DNA of 63,992 bases, the filler included, from Licmophora abbreviata (taxonomy: Eukaryota): the NCBI GenBank assembly GCA_900291995.1. It is 13 parts of 13 records of this genome, joined end to end, with 100 filler letters (N's around TTAATTAATTAA, not from the genome) between each part and the next. Parts side by side here need not be neighbours in the genome. Positions count along the whole stretch, not along the records: positions 50,464 to 59,977 come from OLMU01004414.1; positions 60,078 to 62,685 come from OLMU01004421.1; positions 62,786 to 63,992 come from OLMU01004441.1; 10 more parts are not named here. The stretch is one strand, 5' to 3'. Under the pieces are notes generated by a model. It did not search any database, was not told where the DNA came from, and was given only the letters and a program-made list of their open reading frames with translations. This document shows, piece after piece, positions 57,479 to 63,992 of this stretch. The position numbers were made by a program, and so were the translations under genes. Each line of letters begins with the position of its first letter. Within the stretch, counting starts at the first letter, position 1.

Positions 57479-59977
57479 ATGCTTCGACGAACTGTAGCAA
57501 TTCGCCAGTTGCTGGCCAGACAACAACAGCGTAGTGTGAAACCGCAGAATGTGGTAGTGAGATCATTTCATGCCACTGGACTGGCAGGAGCCGATGCGCT
57601 CGACATGGTGGACACGTTCGCCCGCCGACACAGTGAGTACCAGCCTTGAGCAGCAATGCTGGGTAAAATTGCCGAGCCTTGCTTCTGTACATTTCCAATG
57701 GCACACATATCTCTCACCATAACTGCCTTTTTGCACTTCGGCTGCTCGACAGTGGGTCCTTCGGAAGGAGAAGCCAAGTCAATGTTGACCACGATTGGCT
57801 TTGACTCGTTCGACAGCCTCGTCAAATCGACCGTCCCTCCCAACATTCTCACAGACAAGCCTCTTGATTTGGAACCAGCCCGTACGGAATCGGAAGCCTT
57901 GGCTCGTATTCGTGAGTTTGCCGATCAGAACAAAGTCATGAAATCGTACATCGGAGCTGGATACTACGACACACAGGTCCCTCCCGTCATTCTTCGTAAC
58001 ATGCTGGAGAACCCTGGATGGTACACTGCGTACACCCCGTACCAGGCCGAAATTGCACAGGGACGCTTAGAAATGTTGCTCAACTTCCAGACCATGGTAG
58101 TTGACTTGACAGGACTTCCGATGGCGGTCGCTTCGCTTCTCGACGAGTCGACTGCCGCTGCAGAAGCCATGCAGATGTGCTTTGCGCTAAAGGGCAAGAG
58201 GGGGAAGAGAAACAAATTCTTTGTCTCGCAAGATGTGCACCCCCAAACCGTCGGACTCATCCAGACCCGTGCTGGTGCCATTGGTATTGACGTTATTGTC
58301 GGAGATCACTCTCACCAGGACTTTTCCTCTGGAGATTTCTGTGGTTCTCTCCTGCAATACCCGAACACGTACGGTTCCGTCGAATCGCCCGGCGAGTCCT
58401 ACGAGGCCTTCACGAAACGTGTACATGCTGCCGACGGCATGGTCATTTGCGCGACAGACCTCATGGCCTTGACCAAGCTCGCGGCGCCGTCGACGTGGGG
58501 TGCCGACATTGCCGTGGGATCGGCTCAGCGACTGGGCGTTCCCATGGGGTTTGGAGGTCCTCATGCAGGATTCCTCTCTACTTCTGACGAGTATTCCCGA
58601 AAGATGCCTGGTCGTATCATTGGTGTGACGGTGGATTCGACTGGAAAGCCCTGCCTTCGAATGGCGATGCAGACTCGTGAGCAGCATATTCGTCGTGACA
58701 AGGCCACGTCCAACATTTGCACGGCGCAAGCTCTGTTGGCAAACATGGCGGCTGCCTATGCTATTTACCACGGACCGGACGGTATGCTGGAAATCTCTGG
58801 ACGTATCCATGCCTTGGCGCGTGTGGCGCATCGCGAAATGCCAAGGCGGGATTCAAAGTGACGGAGGGCCCCTTCTTTGACACCTTTACTGTGGACACCT
58901 CGTCCAAGGGTATGTCTGCTGCTCAGGTGCAGGCTGGTGCTGTTAGTGTATCTGCCAATGTTCGTGTTATTGACGAGAATACGGTCGGTATCAGTATGGG
59001 AGAGGGTATTACTCGTGACGACCTCAAGAATCTTCTTGCTGGAGCCTTTGGCTTGACGGGCGCTGATGTCAGTGCCGATGCTTCCATGACCGAGGTGGAT
59101 GCCACCGTAGCGCGCGATGGAGAAATCTTGGAGCACCCGATTTTCCGCCAGCATCACTCGGAGACTCAAATGCTTCGATACCTAAAGGCTCTGGAGAACC
59201 GTGATTTGTCGCTGAACCACTCTATGATCTCGCTGGGATCCTGCACGATGAAGCTGAACGCGACCAGTGAAATGATTCCCGTCACGTGGCCCGAGTTTGC
59301 CAACATTCACCCGTTTGCTCCGACAGACCAAGTGACTGGATACCACGGGCTGATTGAGGATCTCAACAAGGATCTTTCGGAAATCACGGGCTTTGCAGCC
59401 GTCAGTGCACAGCCCAACTCGGGTGCCACTGGCGAGTACGCCGGACTGCTCGCCATCAAGAAGTACTTGGAGTCCAAGGGCGAAGGGCACCGAAATGTTT
59501 GTCTCATTCCCAAGAGTGCTCATGGCACCAACCCTGCCAGTGCGACCATGGCTGGGCTCAAGGTTGTTGTTGTGGACAACGATGAACAAGGAAACATTGA
59601 CATGGCCGATTTGCAGGCCAAGATCGCCAAGCACGAGAAGGATCTTGCGGCCTTTATGGTTACCTATCCTTCTACCTTTGGTGTTTTTGAGGAGGCGATT
59701 GTGGAGATTATTGACGCTGTGCACGCTGCCGGTGGTCAGGTGTACATGGACGGAGCCAACATGAACGCTCAGGTCGGGCTTACCAGCCCTGGGGCGATCG
59801 GAGCTGATGTCTGTCACTTGAATCTTCACAAGACTTTCTGCATTCCTCACGGCGGTGGGGGACCGGGTGTGGGATCTATCGGTGTCGCTGCCCATCTCGC
59901 CCCTTTCCTTCCAGGACACAAGGTGGGGCCGGAAGCGTCCGGAAACCTCTGCGGCAATGACATTTGTGTACCAAAGG
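57479..59977 (+). CDS. GLDP: Mitochondrial glycine decarboxylase P-protein; intron ~57633-57752; frameshift near 58839; 3' end lost in gap
   Basis: Mitochondrial-type leader [14 protein letters not shown], then [51 protein letters not shown] and [18 protein letters not shown] (PLP lysine). Confidence 0.96.
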
Positions 59978-60219
59978 NNNNNNNNNNNNNNNNNNNNNNN
60001 NNNNNNNNNNNNNNNNNNNNNTTAATTAATTAANNNNNNNNNNNNNNNNNNNNNNNNNNNNNNNNNNNNNNNNNNNNCTCAACAAAAGCCCAACGCAAAT
60101 AGTAGCAAACAACGACGGGACTGTGTGGAGTGCTCTGTTGTCGCTTACAGCTCTGTGAGCATTTTTTCTTCCTCTGCCCCGACTCGCAATTGCTCTTATA
60201 GTCTCTATAACAAGAAAAC

Positions 60220-61182
60220 ATGGTAAGAACGGCGATGAAAAAGGAGGAAACGACAGAAAAGAAGCACTGCGAAACGTCGCTGTGTCTTTGGCTGGCGCTC
60301 CTCGTAGGATTCTACGCAGACGATTACTACAAGTCGTACTATACTGAAACGCTTGCCGTGACAGAGCGCAAGTGGGAGGCTTCCAAGCGAGCGAGTAGAC
60401 CCGTTTGACCCGTTGTTCTCACCCTCTCTCTCTCGATTTTCTAGACTGACGTTCAGTACTGGGAAGACACGCTGACCAATGACATTGAAAAGCTGGAAAG
60501 GATGGTCGACAAGTGCGGCCGCATCTCCAACACGGACGACAAGCTCTCGGCCCTCCAAAAGACGGAAAAGAAATTACGACAGGCCAATCAGACCAAGCGC
60601 AGTTTGAAAATGGAAATTCGATTGATCACAGACGTCGCAGCCCGTCGTCAGTACGAACAGACGCTGCAAAAGCTGGACGAATCCTTGAAGCACGTCGGAG
60701 CCGATGTGAGGGCCTTACGGACCCAGGCGGAACGAGAACAGCTCATGAGTGGTGGGAATCATGAAAATGGTGCGGATCAAGACTACACGGAAGATGATTA
60801 TGTCAAGCAGGGTGACTCATTGTTAGGCAAGGCGGCGGAAGTGCAAGACCGGACGCAGGAATCGCTCACGGTCATCAAGAGGACAGTTGCTGAATCGAAA
60901 GAAGTGGGAGTCAGTACACTGGACGAGCTAGAGCGACAGCGCGGAGTCATTGAAAACATTGATAGGGAAGCCGATCGTATTGATGACAACTTGCAGAGAG
61001 CGGAAAAGTTAGTGAAGGCCTTTGGCAAGCGCATGGCGTCGGACAAGTTTATTCAGTGCTTTACGGTCATTAACGTCTTGTTGCTGGTGGGTGTCGTGGC
61101 GTATGCCATTTTTGGAAATGGAAGTCTATCATTCAGCTCTCGAGATGGCGGCAGTCCAGAGAATCCCATCGGAACCAGATGA
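60220..61182 (+). CDS. Qb-SNARE (NPSN/Vti1-like); ATG-only first exon, intron 60223-60444
   Basis: Helical N-terminal domain, SNARE coil ESKEVGVSTLDELERQRGVIE..IDDNLQRAEKLVKAFGKRMASDK, and a C-terminal TM helix. Confidence 0.85.
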
Positions 61183-61594
61183 CTGAACTGGTTTCGAGGA
61201 GGACGGCAAGGCATCTATCTGGCTTGAAGGTTGTCATACGAGTGCAGACTGACGAGACGAGTGAGTCAGTCTGCTCATACTCATCGCTTCTAGAGATAGA
61301 CAGCACGTGGCTTCAATAAAGCAGCAAAATATAAAGAAAGAAAGTTTCGATCAGCGTTAACAAGTTCTGCGAAAGCCCCTCCTCTTTGACTTTATTGTTT
61401 ATGAATTTAAGTATGCGCGATGAAGCGACGACGTCGTCGCTTCCGCTCCTAGTATGGCTACCCACGTAGAAGGTAGACTTTGAAAATATGAATTCCCCCT
61501 TTGAGAGACTGATGTACCAAACAATGTAGCTTGTTACGGCCGCTGCAAAGTACTGCAGCATGCGAGCGATGCCATGTGTGTACTAGAACACGTC

Positions 61595-62490
61595 TCAAAG
61601 CGTTGTGTGCGGTAGTCTCGGAGCTGGTATCGACGCAGCCCTCTGACATTTAGACTGGTTCGAGCTGCCAGCCGTTATCGGCACCGAGGTAGCTAGTGCA
61701 CTCCACCGTCGGAGGCGAGGCAAGTTCTGAAAGTGCGCTGCAATGGCGTCGGCTTCGCCCATCATGCGTGCAAAGATTCGAGCGACACGTGATCGCTTTT
61801 CCGCTTCCGCTTGCAATTCTTCCGGCGACAAGAGCTGCAACCTCGTCACATCTGACTTGACTTTGGAAGCCACTGCACTGCGTGACGAGTTGTGAAGTCG
61901 AGATCCCCATCGTTCGAGGCCACGGCGACTGTCGCCATGCGCGCACCAAATTGCCAGACCCTATCGCGGAAAAGACGAAAGGAAACCCAGTGAGTGTATG
62001 TTTTTCATGTTCGCCAGCGAAACCAATACCTCAAGCCTGTGTTTTGACTTACCTCGTTTATAGAGATAGCTGAGAACTCCTCTTCAAGTTCAGCTTCGTC
62101 TGCTATTTCAGCAAGCGCCTCTGCCCGCATGTAGGCTTCGTCAATTCCAATTGTCATTCTTCGGTTTCGCCGCACTTCCCGCGAAATGCGCTTCGCTTTG
62201 CACTGGAAGCTCTCGAAGTCCTGAACATCCCACCACAGGAGCTTCTTTTCAGAAAGTGGGATTTCTTCGGATGTCGGAAGGTACTCAAGTACTTCTGGCG
62301 TTTCATGAAATCGGATGTGACGGGAGCTAGTGGGTGATTTGTTCACCTTGACGATACGATCTGATTTCAGATCGTTCATATGCTCGGCCTTTTCACGGTC
62401 ATCCACATTTACTTTCTGTCCAATGTGACTCCAGGAATCACAAGAGTTGGACACATTGTCCATGGGAAGGGGATGGAATTCCATTGTCAT
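61595..62490 (-). CDS. Hypothetical protein of a diatom-type 'RGLE' family; intron 62052-61961
   Basis: HIRFHETPEV..EKKLLWW in exon 1. The spliced exon 2 reads GLAIWCAHGDSRRGLERWGS..SRVARIFARMMGEADA. Confidence 0.65.
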
Positions 62491-63079
62491 ACCCGTAGAG
62501 ATGACATGTGACGGGAACTGCTCGAGGATGCGAATACCATGTTTTAAGTGGCGGGTCCCAAAAATTTCAATTTAAAAGCGCTTAGGGCTTAAAAGAAATA
62601 AATAGTTATGTATTTTATATATGGAATATATGTTTTCATGTGAAATTTGTGTAGGTACTTATCAGATATGATCCATTGAAAGTCCNNNNNNNNNNNNNNN
62701 NNNNNNNNNNNNNNNNNNNNNNNNNNNNNTTAATTAATTAANNNNNNNNNNNNNNNNNNNNNNNNNNNNNNNNNNNNNNNNNNNNTCACCACATCGTGAT
62801 GAACGCCGCAGTGCGCCGCAAGTTGGATCAGATTTTCATTTCGCTTGAAAGTTTGTGTTGTCGAAACCAGGAATTTTGAATTTTGAGCTCCCAAAATTCA
62901 ATTTTATGAAAGTCCTCCTCTTTTTACTAAAACTGAGTATTGAATATCCAGATTCCTCATTGTACGCGTTTTGTAGTACATTTTGTACAAAGTATTGGCA
63001 TCTTGCATTCAGCCCAAGACTTCAGAAGCGTTTTTCGCCTTCGGTCCAAAGATCCGAAGTGCAGCCGGCAGATTTGACC

Positions 63080-63992
63080 ATGGCCCTTCGATTCGCGACA
63101 GCGGCCGCATCGCGCCAGGCGACACGCCGATCACTCGTGACGTTCACCTCGGGTGGGTACTGTGTCACTTTGTATCGAAAGTCGCCCTGAAAGTCCTGAA
63201 AATTCCACCAAACTCACCCTTTTTGCCCTCCTCGTGTCCTACCACCATGGATGCCCCGCGTTTGTGATCTCTCGCGTATGTTCTGTTCATGCAGGCAACA
63301 GCCATGTCTCATTCCCCTTCTACGCTAGTCGTTCCTTTTCGAAGCTCACGTTGGATGAGAAGGTCGTGGCTCCTCCCATGGTGTATATTGCCGGCGAGGA
63401 AATGACGCACTATGCCTGCGAGCTGATTGAAGAGCAGTGGATCAAGCCCTACTTTGATACGTCCCAGTGGGAACGATATGATCTGAGCTGCATATCTCGT
63501 GATAAAACCAACGATCAAGTCTTGACAGATGCTGTGGAGGCCGGTAAGAGGGTTGGAGCGATCTTCAAGGAACCCACCATCACCCCAAGTGCGTTGCAGG
63601 TGAAGGAATTTGGACTGAGCAAGGCGTTTGGATCGCCCAATGGAGCCATGCGACGTGGATGGAACGGTATTACGATCTCTCGTGATACGATTCACATTGA
63701 GGGTATCGAACTGGGCTACAAGAATCCTGTCTTCTTCGAACGTCATGCGGTCGGTGGCGAGTACGGTGCCGGATGGAGCCAAGTGGGAAAGGGTACTCTT
63801 CTGACATCGTACATTCCGGAGAATGGAGAAGCTCCCTTCGTCGTGGACAAGAGGGATCTGACCGACGATCATAATGTGTGTGTAGTCTACCACAATCCTT
63901 ATGACAATGTCTCGGAACTGGCTCACTTGTTCTTCAAGCGCTGCCTGGAAGCCAATATTACCCCGTACATTGTGACCAAGAAAACAGTCTTC
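63080..63992 (+). CDS. IDH: Mitochondrial isocitrate dehydrogenase, type II homodimeric; intron ~63153-63294; runs off window end
   Basis: Not in the ORF track because there is no stop in the window. Leader MALRFATAAASRQATRRS, then PPMVYIAGEEMT, DLSCISRDKTNDQV, KEPTITP, SPNGAMRRGWNG and RHAVGGEY. Confidence 0.92.

Noticed and set aside
4975..58845. Programmed ribosomal frameshifting or pseudogenisation as the cause of the split genes
   Set aside because: There is no shared slippery motif or consistent shift direction, the genes are unrelated and include housekeeping enzymes, and there is no further decay. Sequencing error is simpler.

Overview
This is gene-dense eukaryotic nuclear DNA, almost certainly from a diatom. 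The evidence is short GT-AG introns, ASAFAP-type bipartite plastid presequences, class II plastid aldolases, a DUF6824 protein and a diatom-type cyclin. It is a scaffold of 13 contig pieces joined by 12 artificial 100-nt spacers (N44-TTAATTAATTAA-N44). Two genes read through a spacer, so at least some contig order is real. About 29 protein genes are supported. No rRNA, tRNA or CRISPR array was seen. At least eight genes or gene segments carry single-base frameshifts, most likely consensus errors. The most notable signals are: (1) a cyclic-nucleotide-binding domain fused to a degenerate mitochondrial-carrier-like domain, with a perfect CRE palindrome upstream; (2) a central-carbon block at 30-41 kb with two pyruvate kinases, two plastid class II aldolases, a bacterial YfeO-like CLC and a tiny acidic plastid-targeted peptide; (3) a plastid SlyD/FKBP-MsrA fusion; (4) a recurrent 13-mer upstream motif, AGTCGAGTGAGTC; (5) a HEI10-like RING gene; (6) a PTS1-bearing MenB; and (7) a CpG-poor, probably repeat-derived island at 22.3-26.5 kb. 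All family assignments come from motif recognition by eye, not from database searches.
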